This document shows, in pieces, positions 48,329-64,000 of a stretch of DNA of 64,000 nt. The notes under the pieces are model-generated. The model made no database searches. It was not told where the DNA came from and saw only the letters and a program-made list of their open reading frames with translations. The stretch is from Eledone cirrhosa (Eukaryota). A program made the position numbers and the translations under genes. The stretch is from positions 13,884 to 77,883 of the forward strand of contig CAXHJY010000841.1 in assembly GCA_964016885.1 (NCBI GenBank), given 5' to 3'. Positions within the stretch are counted from its first letter, which is position 1, and the number at the start of each line of letters is the position of its first letter.

Positions 48329-48620
48329 TTCTTTTGACTCACATCAGTAATATGTCTAAATATTACCAACTCTGTCACTTTGTAACTTACTTCTATTTCA
48401 TCAATAACAACTTAGTAAGTTATGATTGCATGATGGGAACTTCCTTTCAGTCATGTCTCTCAGTTTAGTTAAATGTATCGTAGTGACTAAGTGTAAAGTT
48501 CCGAGATTAAATGAAGTAAAGAGAAAATTCAACGAGCTGTTACATAACAATGGGGCAAATAAAACCAATGTAAGAGCAGATAAATTTGACACATTGCATA
48601 TTATATATATGTGTGTATGT
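48329..48620 (+). repeat. Left arm of about 290-bp inverted duplication
   Basis: Reverse complement of 53333-53642 with a few indels. Confidence 0.85.
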
Positions 48621-48849
48621 ATGTGTGTCGATATGTGATTAACCCACTCTTATTCATCTCTCTCACACACACACACATACACGTGTGTGTGTGTGTGTGA
48701 GTGTGTGTTCCTAAATGTCTGTATATGTTTATATATGTGTGAATAAATGCATATGTATTCCTGTATGTGTGTGCATGTTTATATGTAGCTGTATGTGTGT
48801 ATATATCATATGTATATATATGTGTGTGTGTATATATATAAATATATAT

Positions 48850-48897
<48 letters not shown>

Positions 48898-48994
48898 ATA
48901 TATATATACAATATATATATATATATATATAATATATATTTATTAAAATAACAGATTAAAGTTTAAGCAAAGAATCGCTGCTTTCATCCTTAAC

Positions 48995-49044
<50 letters not shown>

Positions 49045-49092
49045 ATATATATACAATATATATATATATATATACAATATATATATATATAT

Positions 49093-49152
<60 letters not shown>

Positions 49153-49186
49153 ATATATATCTCTCTCTCCCTCTCTCCCCCCCTCT

Positions 49187-49302
<116 letters not shown>

Positions 49303-49469
49303 AACGTCTTTCTCTATATGTTCCATGTTGAGTTACTAAAAATTATGTCTGAAGATTAAATGTAAATTTTTTCTTTCTATTCCACAAGTCGGATTAATTT
49401 GATCTCCATTCACAGCTAAGATTTAAACATATTTTACTCCCATCTGTTTTTAATGTTCTTCTTATTGAA

Positions 49470-50610
49470 GTTGTTGTTGTTGGTGGTGGTGTTGTTGGTG
49501 GTAGTGGTGGTGTTGTTGGTGGTAGTGGTGGTGTTGGTGGTGGTAGTGGTGGTGTTGTTGGTGGTAGTGGTGGTGTTGGTGGTGGTAGTGGTGGTGTTGG
49601 TGGTGGCAGTGGTGGTGTTGGTGGTGGTAGTGGTGGTGTTGTTGGTGGTAGTGGTGGTGTTGGTGGTGGTAGTGGTGGTGTTGGTGGTGGTAGTGGTGGT
49701 GTTGGTGGTGGCAGTGGTGGTGTTGTTGGTGGTAGTGGTGGTGTTGTTGGTGGTAGTGGTGGTGTTGGTGGTGGTAGTGGTGGTGTTGGTGGTGGTAGTG
49801 GTGGTGTTGTTGGTGGTAGTGGTGGTGTTGTTGGTGGTAGTGGTGGTGTTGGTGTTGGTAGTGCTGGTGTTGGTGGTGGTAGTGGTGGTGCTGTTATTGG
49901 TATTGTTGTTGGTGGTGTTGTTTGTGGTGGTGTTGGTGTTGTTGGTGGTGGTGTTGGTGGTAGTGGTGTTGGTGTTGGTGGTGGTAGTGGTGGTGTTGTT
50001 GGTGGTAGTGGTGGTGTTGTTGGTGGTAGTGGTGGTGTTGGTGGTGGTAGTGGTGGTGTTGGTGGTGGTAGTGGTGGTGTTGGTGGTGGTAGTGGTGGTG
50101 GTGTTATTGGTATTGTTGTTGGTGTTGTTGGTGGTGTTGTTTGTGGTGGTGTTGGTGTTGTTGGTGGTGGTGTTGGTGGTAGTGGTGTTGGTGGTGGTGT
50201 TAATGGTGGTGTTGTTGGTGGTAGTGGTGGTGTTGTTGGTGGTAGTGGTGGTGTTGGTGGTGGTAGTGGTGGTGGTGTTTGTGGTGGTGTTGGTGTTGTT
50301 GGTGGTGGTGTTGGTGGTAGTGGTGGTAGTGGTGCTGGTGTTATTGGTATTGTTGTTGGTGTTGTTGGTGGTGTTGTTTGTGGTGTAGTTGGTGGTGGTG
50401 TTGGTGTTGGTGTTGTTAGTGGTGGTGTTGGTGGTAGTGGTGTTGGTGGTGTTGTTGGTGGTAGTGGTGGTGTTGGTGGTGTTATCACCATCAACATCAT
50501 TACTATCATCATAACTATCATCATCATCATCACCATCATCATCATCGCCATCATCATCATCAGCAGCAGCACTATCATCATCATCATCACTATTATTATC
50601 AGTATTATCA
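49470..50610. repeat. (GGT/GTT)n array followed by (CAT)n
   Basis: Direct reading; explains the 405-aa P/T ORF. Confidence 0.95.
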
Positions 50611-50934
50611 TTATATATTTTATATCTTTATATAACTTTATATATGTTCATTGTCAATTGTTTTTTTGTTGTGTATTTTTACTCAATTCTATTGTACCCC
50701 CCCCCCCCCACTGTCCCTGTAACTCCCCTATATGTAGGCCTTTGTGTCCAATAAATAAATAATTATTATTATTATTGTCATTATTATTGTCATTATTGTT
50801 ATTATTATGGGAGTCTCAGTTATTGATGTTATTTTAAAATAAAGTACCAGTAATGCACTGGGTAATTGCTGGCCTTGTGCCTAAAGTAGAAACAGTTATT
50901 TAACTGGAAAGTTTGTTAAATGAATACTGCACCC

Positions 50935-51333
50935 TTAGATATTCAGGACGTATCGGAGGGTTCTTGCTGTTCCCAGCAAACATGCCTTTTGAAGTGTTCC
51001 AAAAAAGGGGCTGGACTAATGTTCTTTAATCATCCTTGAAAACTCTTTGACATAGTACCTAGTGCTCCTATGACAATCGGGATGACCTTGATCTCATGAC
51101 AGCCCCAAATCCTTTTTAACTCCCACTTTAACCTGGTATCGGTTAATTTTCTCCCCCTTTTCATGCACTCTTCTGTCAAGGGGTCAGGTTACATCTACAA
51201 TCAGGCATGGTCTTTTTTCCTTGCCTAAAACCACCAGGTCAGGCCTATTGTGTTCTAATTCCGTGTCTGTCTGTATCCCGAAATCCCATAGCACCTTCAA
51301 TCAATCGATCTGATACCACTTCCCAGAACGTGG
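50935..51333 (-). mobile_element. R4/Dong-clade non-LTR fragment (RLE endonuclease region)
   Basis: KVLWDFGIQTDTELEHNRPDLVV...IVDV...PIVIGALG...QKACLLGTARTLRYVL*, with stops and frameshifts; near (ATT)n tracts. Confidence 0.85.
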
Positions 51334-51539
51334 TAAATTATTATCACTATTATTGTTATTATTATTAGTATTGTTATAGAAAGTCTTAGTTGATGTCGTG
51401 TTTTAAGCCGTGTGTTTCTAAATGTCCTAATCTTCCATAGATTAAATAGCCATTTTTTTCTGCTCCATACACACTTCTCAAAGTGAACGGAATATCAGCT
51501 TTATATCTTCTTTATTTATTGCTACACATTTACACACAC

Positions 51540-51591
<52 letters not shown>

Positions 51592-51788
51592 ATGTGTGTG
51601 TGTGTGTGTATGTATATGCGTATATATATATATATGTGTATGTGTGTGTGTGTGTGTGTGTATAAGTATTATGCACAGGGTGATGGATGAATCATTTCGG
51701 TTATCTTTCACTCTCTACTACAAAGAATCGGAAATCATTATGCATAACCGAATTTTACTGAGCAATGGTGCGAGATATAAGGAATGCA

Positions 51789-51899
<111 letters not shown>

Positions 51900-51907
51900 C
51901 ATATCTA

Positions 51908-52000
<93 letters not shown>

Positions 52001-52405
52001 TAGATATTGGGAGATATTCCTTTCATTTCACTATTCACTATTATTATATATCATTATCAATACACTCATATTTCATTCTTCAATCTGAAACAGATCTGCT
52101 ATTTTTTTTTCCTTTTATTTTCATCTAATATTTGTATTTATATTTTCAGAACTTTTAAACTATATTTCGAAATTTATATATATTTATATATGTTTATTTA
52201 TTTATTCTATTACATTTTTCCATATGTAACTCCGAGATTTTAGAATACACTGACTAAACTTTGAACATTCAGAACATATTTTCAACTCTATTAAATTTGA
52301 AAGAAGAAAACATAAGACAAGAAAGTGTCACAGCCATTTACACTTCAGTATTAAACAGGTTGAAGAGTGTAGTCAGATCTTTCTAGAGGTATTCCCAAGT
52401 ATGCA

Positions 52406-53216
<811 letters not shown>

Positions 53217-53220
53217 GATA

Positions 53221-53318
53221 CAGGGTCTCCATAAAATGTATACACACTTCAATAGAATTCTAATAAATATTACCAGCTCAAGTAATCAAAGTGTGTATAC
53301 ACTTTTTGGGACACCCTG
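53221..53318. mobile_element. Tc1/mariner-type MITE
   Basis: TIRs CAGGGTCTCCATAAAATGTATACACACTT / AAGTGTGTATACACTTTTTGGGACACCCTG. Confidence 0.7.
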
Positions 53319-53332
53319 TGTATATATATAAG

Positions 53333-53642
53333 CATACACACATATATATAATATGTAATGTGTCAAATTTATCTGCTCTTACGTTGGTTTTATATGCCCC
53401 ATTGTTATGTAACAGCTCGTTGAATTTTCTCTTTACTTCAAAAATTCTCCATTAGATTTAATCACGGAACTTTACACTTAGTCACTGGCTACGATACATT
53501 TAACTAAACTGAGAGACATGGCTGAAAGGAAGTTTCCATCATGCAATCATGATTTACTAAGTTGTTATTGATGAAATAGAAGTAAGTTACAAAGTGACAG
53601 AGTTGTAATATTTAGACATATTACTGATGTGAGTCAAAAGAA
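53333..53642 (-). repeat. Right arm of about 290-bp inverted duplication
   Basis: Reverse complement of 48329-48620. Confidence 0.85.
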
Positions 53643-53809
53643 GTCAGTACATGGAGACTACGAAAATACTCATCAACAGAAATGTTAGATGCTTTTTTAT
53701 TTGTCCATGATTTCCACCTTTTTATGGAGTGTTAGTTACCTCTCTTTGTCTGTCATGACTTAAAAAGTATTATACGGCCGTTTAAATTGATTATATGTAT
53801 GTATATATA

Positions 53810-54074
53810 TTTCATTTCTGAATTTGTTTAGAAAGATTCTTTATTTGAAAACGTGTGTTGAAACCAATATTGTTATGCTTTGGGAGGGTCATGTTGCCAA
53901 TAAGAAACACACGCACCAGTAACTTTCACTCCAATTTATTATAAATTAAATTTATAAATTTCCCTTTGGTTGGTTCCACAACCGGACGGTTGTTCATATA
54001 TTGTCAAAGTTCTTTCGGAGTGAAAGCAACTGGTGCGTGTGTTTTTTATTGGCAACATGACCCTCCCAAAGCAT

Positions 54075-54082
<8 letters not shown>
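53810..54082 (-). mobile_element. Fold-back element, about 65-bp arms (53867-53932 / 54017-54082)
   Basis: Inverted repeat with 84-nt spacer; TA-rich flanks. Confidence 0.75.
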
Positions 54083-54132
<50 letters not shown>

Positions 54133-54134
<2 letters not shown>

Positions 54135-54507
54135 CTTAGTCTTAGTTTCTCCAGTCCCTTGTGGAACATTGGGCGACGAGCTTCCTCCACTTGATCCTGT
54201 CACTGGCGGCCCTTCTAGCACCTCTCCAGGTAATTCCCATCTCCCGCAGGTCCTCCCTGAATATTCTCCGCCATGTTTTTCGTGGTCTTCCCCGTTCTCT
54301 CCTGCCACCCTCTGGTACCCAATCCATGGCAATATGAGCAGGTCGATCTGCCGGCAAACGTGTATGTAACAAGCTTGATGTATTCCAGCGTCGTTGCATT
54401 CGGACCATATTGAAAATTTCATGGAGAGACCAAGTTAACAACGTGGAAGTGATGAGGAGGTTAAGGGACATTGTCCGGAAAAGGAGACGGCGGTTCGTGG
54501 GGCACAT

Positions 54508-54510
<3 letters not shown>
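54133..54510 (-). mobile_element. RTE 3' fragment with an inverted 5' segment
   Basis: Minus 54142-54360 RLPADRPAHIAMDW...RGRPRKTWRR; plus 54353-54510 KLDVFQRRCIRTILKISWRD...RRRFVGHIL. Confidence 0.85.
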
Positions 54511-54556
<46 letters not shown>

Positions 54557-54559
<3 letters not shown>

Positions 54560-54878
54560 AACCCCGACGGCTGAGCTCAAGCCGTTTCGACGGCTAATTC
54601 TGGACACAGTATTGAGTACTTTGGTGCGTTGTGGTCCATCTGGTACCTTACCACATTTCCTTCGCTATATAGGAAAAGAGTCAGGACCCCATCGACTGAG
54701 CTCCGGCCGTTTCGACAGCTATATCCACCTCATGGCTTAGTTCGGATCTAGCTGTCGAAACGGCTGGAGCTCAGCCGTCGGGGTCTTGACTTTTTTCTTA
54801 TTACTCACTTTACTGCTCTAAGTATCGAGTATTCTGGTGCGTTATGGTCCACTTGGTATCTTACCACACCTTATTTGT
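54557..54878 (+). mobile_element. Two adjacent family A elements
   Basis: 54557-54668 lacks its right arm; 54669-54878 is a complete fold-back. Confidence 0.75.
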
Positions 54879-55964
54879 ACATATATATATATATACACAT
54901 ATATATATATACACACACATGTACATATACATATACATACATACATATATATATAAGGACAGACACTGGTCTGTTGGAGATGCAGGATATGGCAGCGATA
55001 ATGAGGGACAGAGACCGCTGGAGAGAACTCGTCCATGGATCTCGGGAATTTTACCCGCCTTAGATAGATAGATATATATATACATATACACATACACACG
55101 TAACTCTATGCGTCAAAGCATGGCGTCAGACCCTCTACAGATGTTGAATATCGATAGAAGTTGCAATGAATGATTTTGTGAGGCAGTTGTAATATAATAA
55201 TATTTAATAAAGCAACCTAAATCTTCGACTAAATTAATCCAAGGATTATTACAAAAAAAATAGAGAAAAAAAAAATTTCTCGGAGTGTATATATGAAAAT
55301 TACAATTTAACAATTTATATTTTCTATATTTTGTTATTTTTATGTGAGTGAAAATTCCTAAATTGATTTTTTTAAACAAATGATGAGAGGAAATGAAGGA
55401 ACAAGCTGGAAATAAAATACTAGAAATTGATTCAAAATATTGTTAAAATACAGAAAACGAATTCAAATTGATTAAAATATCCAATTTTTTCTCTAAAATT
55501 TCCATTTGAATCCCAAATTTCATTTTCTAGCAATATCGTCGCCATCTTGATATCATCACTATATTTGTAATGTCACCATCTTTCTGCCAAATATATTTTT
55601 CCTTATATTAAAACATCAAATAGAAATTCCTAATATATAAAAAGCAATAAAATGGAAAAAGGAACTTCTAGTAAGTCTTGAATGATTATTTATAGACATT
55701 TATTTGAAGTATTACTTAGTCCAAGATGAAGAGAGATTGGTCTAAATAAGTACTCAATTCATATAAACAGAGCATATTCATTATATATACGTTAAAAATT
55801 CCTACACACACATTATATATATATATATATTTATTTTATTTTATAGAAGGAGCTTCTACAGGACTAGTACTCTTTCATTCAGATGAAATCTTCACAATGT
55901 TTACTCTGCCATGTATTGAGTACCTTACTTACTGTGGTTATCCCCGACTCAACCCGGGACCTAC

Positions 55965-56000
<36 letters not shown>

Positions 56001-56004
<4 letters not shown>

Positions 56005-56348
56005 AAGAAATTAAAAGATGGTTAAAAAAGTTCCATATATTTTATTATGCTCATTTCGAAAACAACATCATCCTGGGACAAAAATAAAATAAAATAAAGT
56101 AGTCTTTTTATTCTAGTCTTTTTTATTCTAGTCTATCTTATTTTATTTTAAAAAACCCCTTTTTTTATAATTATTATTATTATTATTTTTAATTTAATTT
56201 TTATTTATTTTATTTTATTTTATTTTATTTTATTTTATTTTATTTTATTAATACATTTTTACACTTCTTAATCCAATTAATATATTTTTTTAGCCATTAT
56301 TCACAGTGGTTTTTTCATTTTTGGACAGCGTTCCCGATCAAAACTCTC

Positions 56349-56379
<31 letters not shown>

Positions 56380-56734
56380 CCTCCTTCTTTCTTTCTTTTT
56401 CCTCTTCTATTTCTTTTTCCTTTTTCCTTCTTTCCTTTTCTTCATTTTTCCTATTTTTTTCTCTTCTCTTATATTTTTGTCATATGTTAGCTGGACACTT
56501 TCTTGTTCACAAGTGATTTTAGGTTTCATATCATGTTACCTTATTTTATCTGATGAGAACACAATTTTTGTCCCAGGATGATGTTGTTTACGAAATGCGC
56601 ATAATAAAATATATGGAACTTTTTTAACCATCTTTTAATTTCTTCTTTATATATACTCCAGTTCTACCAACTGTTGACTGCTACTTATCTGATATATGCA
56701 TAGTTTTATTGTTCTACAATATTACTCACCTCCT

Positions 56735-56735
<1 letters not shown>
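56001..56735 (+). mobile_element. HHR element (family E) with distant inverted arm
   Basis: 56001-56085 is the inverse of about 56564-56648; tail homologous to 62965-63090. Confidence 0.7.
56542..56611 (+). ncRNA. Type I hammerhead ribozyme motif, intact core
   Basis: TATTTTAT-CTGATGA-G...C-GAA-ATGCGCAT-A-ATAAAATA; perfect 8-bp stem I, palindromic stem III. Confidence 0.85.
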
Positions 56736-56801
<66 letters not shown>

Positions 56802-56804
<3 letters not shown>

Positions 56805-57175
56805 TTGGCGTGGCAATAAAGTCTTTAGAATAACCTTTCAAATGAAAATGCACAACATATTGAAACTAAAATTTATTTATTCTGCAAAACATAATCTCCA
56901 TTGAAAGCAATAACATCTTTACAGTGCTTATGCAAAGCATTTAACTCTTTCTGGAACCGTTCCTTCAGCAATTGTCGAAACCAGAGCAATGATTCATCTA
57001 CCAACTTTTCTAATGAAGCGAAAACAAATTTTCAAAGATGTTGCTTTAATAACTTGAACACCCAACGATTGCACAAATTTAAGTCTGGACTATAGGGTGA
57101 TTGTTTGATTATTGCCACTCTTCTCCTCTGCAAAAAATCTTTTTTGGTTTGATTAGTTCGATGCGTGTATTATAA
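56802..57175 (-). mobile_element. Mariner transposase C-terminal remnant with 3' end
   Basis: DFLQRRRVAIIKQSPYSPDLNLCNRWVFKLLK...FNGDYV; YSPDL at about 57080-57094; internal stop; end abuts (TA)n. Confidence 0.85.
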
Positions 57176-57879
57176 ACTCACAAGAATGACAGCAAAATAA
57201 TCATGCATAGGCCTGTGACAAAACACAGCATTCATACAGAATATCACACGTGTATAACAAAGTTCAAATTCCAACTAATATTAACTACATTTACTGCTAT
57301 ATTCGGCACACAGCCTACTGCTCTAAAGACTTTATTACCATGCCAAGTATATATATATATATATATATATGCAAGACGACTTACAGTTATTTTCTCAGTT
57401 TTTTGCACAGTACATACATAGATATATCCCTCCGTTGAAACTCCAGCAGAAAGTACATTTCAGTCACGTGCTAGCATCTAAAGCTATTTATTGGAAATTT
57501 AGGGAGTTTTTCTGGTAGTAATCTGAACTGACAACCAGTTTGGTCTTATTTTGTCAAGAAAACATGTCCTGTCAGATATGATTATACAGTGTTGTATAAC
57601 TCTGAAATAATCTCTATATACAAACTGTATTGTGTCACGAAATACAATATTGTACAATGATAGTTAACATCTAATTTGATTCCAGCACACGGTAATGTGG
57701 GACTAGAGTGAAAATCCTTTTAATAAAATGCACTGATGTATATGATATTTTCATGCACATGCGTTTTTATCTCCCCCCCCCCCCATCTTTCTCTCTCTCT
57801 CTGGCTTTATATATATATAACCCATGTTAGCGTGGAAAAATGGACGTTAAACGGTGATGATATATATACGCGTAAATAT

Positions 57880-57962
<83 letters not shown>

Positions 57963-58045
57963 TATATATATATTTACATATAGTAATAATAAATGTGAAT
58001 ACTAAAATCCGAAGAGGTATCTGTCTATCTATATATATATTCATA

Positions 58046-58097
<52 letters not shown>

Positions 58098-58153
58098 TAT
58101 ATTTATATATATATACTTATATATTTACACACACACACACGCACATACACACA

Positions 58154-58227
<74 letters not shown>

Positions 58228-58708
58228 TTGTGGTATTGGAAATAACGAACTCATCGTAGTCGTGTTTGAAACTCAACATCTCGTGTTTTCATTAAATTTA
58301 TTCTCCTCTGGATTCAACACTAACGAGACTTGACCTTGTCTTGTGTATGTATGTGTGTGTTTGTGCGTATGCATACATATTTGTATGTATATATGTATGT
58401 ATGCTTGTATGTATGTATGCTTGTATGTATGTATGTACGTAGGTATGTATCTGTGTGTGTACGTGTAAGCGTGTTTGCATGTATGTTTGTATGTTTATCT
58501 GTATGTATGTATGTGTGTATGTATGTGTTTTCATGTATACGTGTATGTGTGTGTATATATGTATGTGTATGTATGTGTGTGTATGTGCGTGTATACATTA
58601 ACCATTGCATAATTAATTAATATTGTTAATTAACACCTCTTCTCCGGGCAATTACGTGATAGTGTTGTTAATGGAAAGCGATGTTATGTCTTTGTAACAT
58701 CTGTATAT

Positions 58709-59452
58709 TGGTGGTGGTGGTGGTGGTGGTGGTGTTGGTACCGTGGTGGGAGTGGCGGTGTTGTTGTTGTGGTGGTGGTGGTGATGGTGTTGTTACTGTG
58801 GTGGTGGTGGTGATGTTAATGGGCGATGTTATGTAACATCTGTATATTGGTGGTGGTGGTGGTGGTGGTGGTGGTGTTGTATTGTGGTGGTGGTGTTGTT
58901 GGTACTGTGGTGGTGGTGGTAACGATGGTGGTGGTAGTAACGATGGTGGTGGTGTTGCTGTGGTGGTAGTGTTGTTGTTGTGGTGGTGGTTGTAGTAACG
59001 ATGGTGCTGGTGGTGTGTGGTGGTGGTAGTATCGATGGTGGTGGTGGTGGTGGTGGTAGTATCGATGGTGGTGGTGGTGGTCGTAGTAGTATCGATGGTG
59101 GTAGTGGTAGTAGTAACGATGGTGGCGGTGGTGGTAGTAGTAACGATGGTGGTGGTGTAATGGACGTCTCGGTGCCTGAGTGATGGTCGTGTTGGTGTTG
59201 TCTAGTGGAAGTATCTGTGGTGGCCGTCCTGATGATGGTGGTGGTGCTGATGGTGGTGTGTTGGTGGTAATATCTATGGTGGTCGTTGTGATGGTGCTGT
59301 TGCTGACGTTAGTAATATCTGTGGTGGTCGTGATGGTGCTGGTGTATTGGTGGTGTTGGTAGTGTTGATGGTGGTGGTGGTGGTTGTGGTGATGGTTGTA
59401 ATGCTGAAGATAGTAGGGATAATTATGATGGTTGTTGTTGTCGTGGTGGTGG
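58709..59452. repeat. Degenerate (GGT)n array
   Basis: Direct reading. Confidence 0.9.
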
Positions 59453-59674
59453 AGTCTTTTCCATCTTCTTCTTCTTCCAGCATATATTGCTTAGAGAATG
59501 GTGGGCTAAGAATCTTCAGACAGGCCTTCCATAATTTCCTCTCAAATTGATACGGCTGAATCCTCTAATGACCCCAGTCAACGTCATGGAGGCTACACAG
59601 CCATCTTGCAGGTGGTCTATCTATGGATCACATGTTGGTTAGTTTTACGCCTAAAATCTGTGATAATAATTCTA

Positions 59675-59953
59675 GTTACGCCTTCCGATGCTATGGGCAT
59701 GTGATTAGCATGTCTCAGTAAAGAATCGCTGGACAGATTTTACGGGCAAAAGCAAATGACAAGGAAACCCAGGGGTAGACCCCGAGAAAGATGGTTGCAT
59801 AATATCCATGAGCTTGAGTGGTCTCGCTTGAGGAGCTAGCCTGATCAGCTGGAGACGGTTGCTTCTGACAGGACCCGCTGGAAAGAGTGTTTGAGGAATC
59901 TGCCCCCACAATCCACTCAGCAATAAGTGGGTGAAGAAGAAGAAGAAGAAGAA
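59675..59953 (+). mobile_element. RTE 3' fragment with (GAA)n tail
   Basis: YGHVISMSQ*RIAGQILRAKANDKETQG*TPRRW; same family as 28560. Confidence 0.75.
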
Positions 59954-60359
59954 TTTACATGTAGAATGCTCAGTCACTTGCAAGTTAATTACGCGAGCAG
60001 GCTGTTATGTTGATTGGAATAACTGGAACACTCGTTGCCATAACCGACAGAGTGCCATCAAATCAAATATAGACAGATGAAGATAGTGACTGGCAGAGAA
60101 TGAAAGAGACGAAAAAATTATTATAGATTTAACTGTTTTATTCACATCCAAAGTATGGTATGTTTAACCATGTTCGATAAACTAAAAATAGTTTTTAAAT
60201 AAATTCTAGAAATAGTGCATTTGTTTACACAAGACAGCCACTCAGTTCCGTATAGTATTTATTTCTATTGTGTATTTTATTAAATGTCAATTGTTTTATA
60301 ACGCGACATTCGACATTTTGATTTTATCATCGGAAATAGTTTCAAATTTTTATTTTATG

Positions 60360-61038
<679 letters not shown>

Positions 61039-61974
61039 AAGAATGAGAAATAAGATAGATTGAGGGCACAGGCGGGTTGGAATTGGAAAAAAATGTCTTT
61101 AGATGAAAATAACAGATCCATTCATGTTGGCATCTCTTTGTCGTTAGCTGGAAGATGGTGGTATCGCAAATGGCAGTGGCATTGGTAAAAAATGAAATTT
61201 CGGATTCAAATGGCAGTTTTAGGGAAAACATGGAAGTTTTAGGGATATTTTCATCAATTTGAAATCATTTTCTGGAATTTAACAGAATATTTTGAATCAA
61301 TTCCACACCATTTCATTTCCAGCTTAATCCTCCATTTTCTCTGAAGCAATGTAAAGTAAACTGAACACATGTCCTTATGATAGTGAGCCAAGACACAATG
61401 ATTGACAGATAGTCAAAGAATATACATAGATAGATATATTAATAGACAGACAGACAGGTAGATAGATAAATAGACAAATTTGCTGAACTCCTTCTCCCAC
61501 ATTTTCGACTCACCGGCCCTCAACACGCCACCTCAGTGTCTTCGGCTCGCAAATTGTGCCGGACCCGCTGACTCGTGCTGTCGTAGAAAACAGCAACTTA
61601 TATTTTCATAAAACCCTTTCATCCCCCTAGCCTTAATACCCTAACCATCTTGCTTTAGTTTGCTCTTTCATATACTCTCTAACACACACAAAACATACTT
61701 CCTTTATCCTATGTCACAAACTCGTTAATACATACACACTTACAAACATATTACTTTTAGATACTTTTCACGAATACATTATAAAGTTTAACATACATAC
61801 ACATTAAAATTTAATTATACACACACACATAAAAAGCCACACATCTCATGGACATACGCTAACACTGCCAGATATTTTACACACACACAAAATAGCTTCA
61901 ATGCACATATACAGTACACACTTACACACATTCAAACTTACATTCAGTCACACATAAAATCCACTACCACGTGG

Positions 61975-62800
<826 letters not shown>

Positions 62801-63090
62801 ACACTTGTGGATAGTTCAGTTTTAAATCAACATATGTTGATTTAAAACTGAACTATCCACAAGTGTTTTTTAACCTTCATATCATGTCCTCCTGTTTTAT
62901 CTGATGAAAACACAAATATTATTGCATGATGATATTTGTTTTTGAAATGCGCATAATAAAATACATGGAACTCCTTTAACCATCTTTTGTTCTTATATAT
63001 TATGTATACTCCAGTCCTACAAACTGTAGAGTGCTTCTTATCCAATATCTGCATTGCTTTATTGTACTACAATAAAACTCACCTCCTACA
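62801..63090 (+). mobile_element. Family E element: perfect 33+33-bp palindrome cap, HHR (62893-62963) and tail
   Basis: Palindrome 62801-62866; TGTTTTAT-CTGATGA-long stem II-GAA-ATGCGCAT-A-ATAAAATA; (TA)n on both sides. Confidence 0.85.
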
Positions 63091-63101
63091 TATATACATA
63101 C

Positions 63102-63204
<103 letters not shown>

Positions 63205-63693
63205 TATATGAGTGAGATATATATATATATAGAGAGAGAGAGAGATAGAGAGAGAGAGTGAGAAAGAGGGAAGGAGAATGAGGGAGAGGTGCAGGTTTAT
63301 GAAATGTAACAATGAGCTCGCTTATAATACATGTCTATGAGCTGGCGTATTATGATGCATTTGAATGTGGGTGAGCGTTTATATGTTAGAGATAGTATAT
63401 TTCTGTGCGAGCGTGTGTGTGTTTGCCTGTACGTGTGGGTTATATTGCATATATATATATGTAGAAATGGTGTCTAGGCAAGTGTAATGTAAAGTCATAT
63501 TAACTGCGATAAGACCAAGATGAAGATTGTTTATGACGACACTGTAAAGATATATCATACTATATAACGTTGACTTACGACGTTTATGACAATCTACCAT
63601 AGAATATCAGAAATTATTATAGCAAACACACACAAACACACATATATATATATATATATATGTGTGTGCATGTATGTATGTATATATATTTGT

Positions 63694-63741
<48 letters not shown>

Positions 63742-63782
63742 TTATCATTGTTTAACATCCATTTTCCACGCTAGCATTGGTC

Positions 63783-63909
<127 letters not shown>

Positions 63910-64000
63910 AGATATATATATATGTATATATATTTGTAGATATGTATATTTATATATATATATAGTATATATATATATATATATATTATTTATATATATA

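Noticed and set aside
49394-50611. 405-aa Pro/Thr mucin- or extensin-like ORF
   Set aside because: Degenerate (ACC)n repeat open on both strands, with no unique domain or splice support
55385-55560. YY1-like AAGATGGCG start of a minus-strand gene
   Set aside because: Short ORF, and the segment has a diverged inverted homolog at 61145-61345, so it is probably a repeat

Overview
AT-rich eukaryotic intergenic or intronic DNA, most likely from a coleoid cephalopod such as Octopus (inferred from the extreme (TA)n/(CA)n load and the SINE/RTE families). I could not support any intact host gene; almost all listed ORFs are microsatellite translation artefacts. The non-repetitive islands are mostly mobile-element debris: tRNA-derived SINEs, RTE, CRE and R4/Dong non-LTR fragments, a Penelope-like (PLE) RT fossil, a mariner transposase remnant, and hAT and Tc1-type MITEs. 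The most striking pattern is a set of several unrelated short element families inserted at (TA)n tracts. Many are asymmetric fold-backs (short inverted arm + long arm) and carry type I hammerhead ribozyme (HHR) motifs with a palindromic stem III, which fits PLE pseudo-LTR ends inserted by a snap-back mechanism. All folds, translations and alignments were done by eye, and repeat boundaries are approximate.
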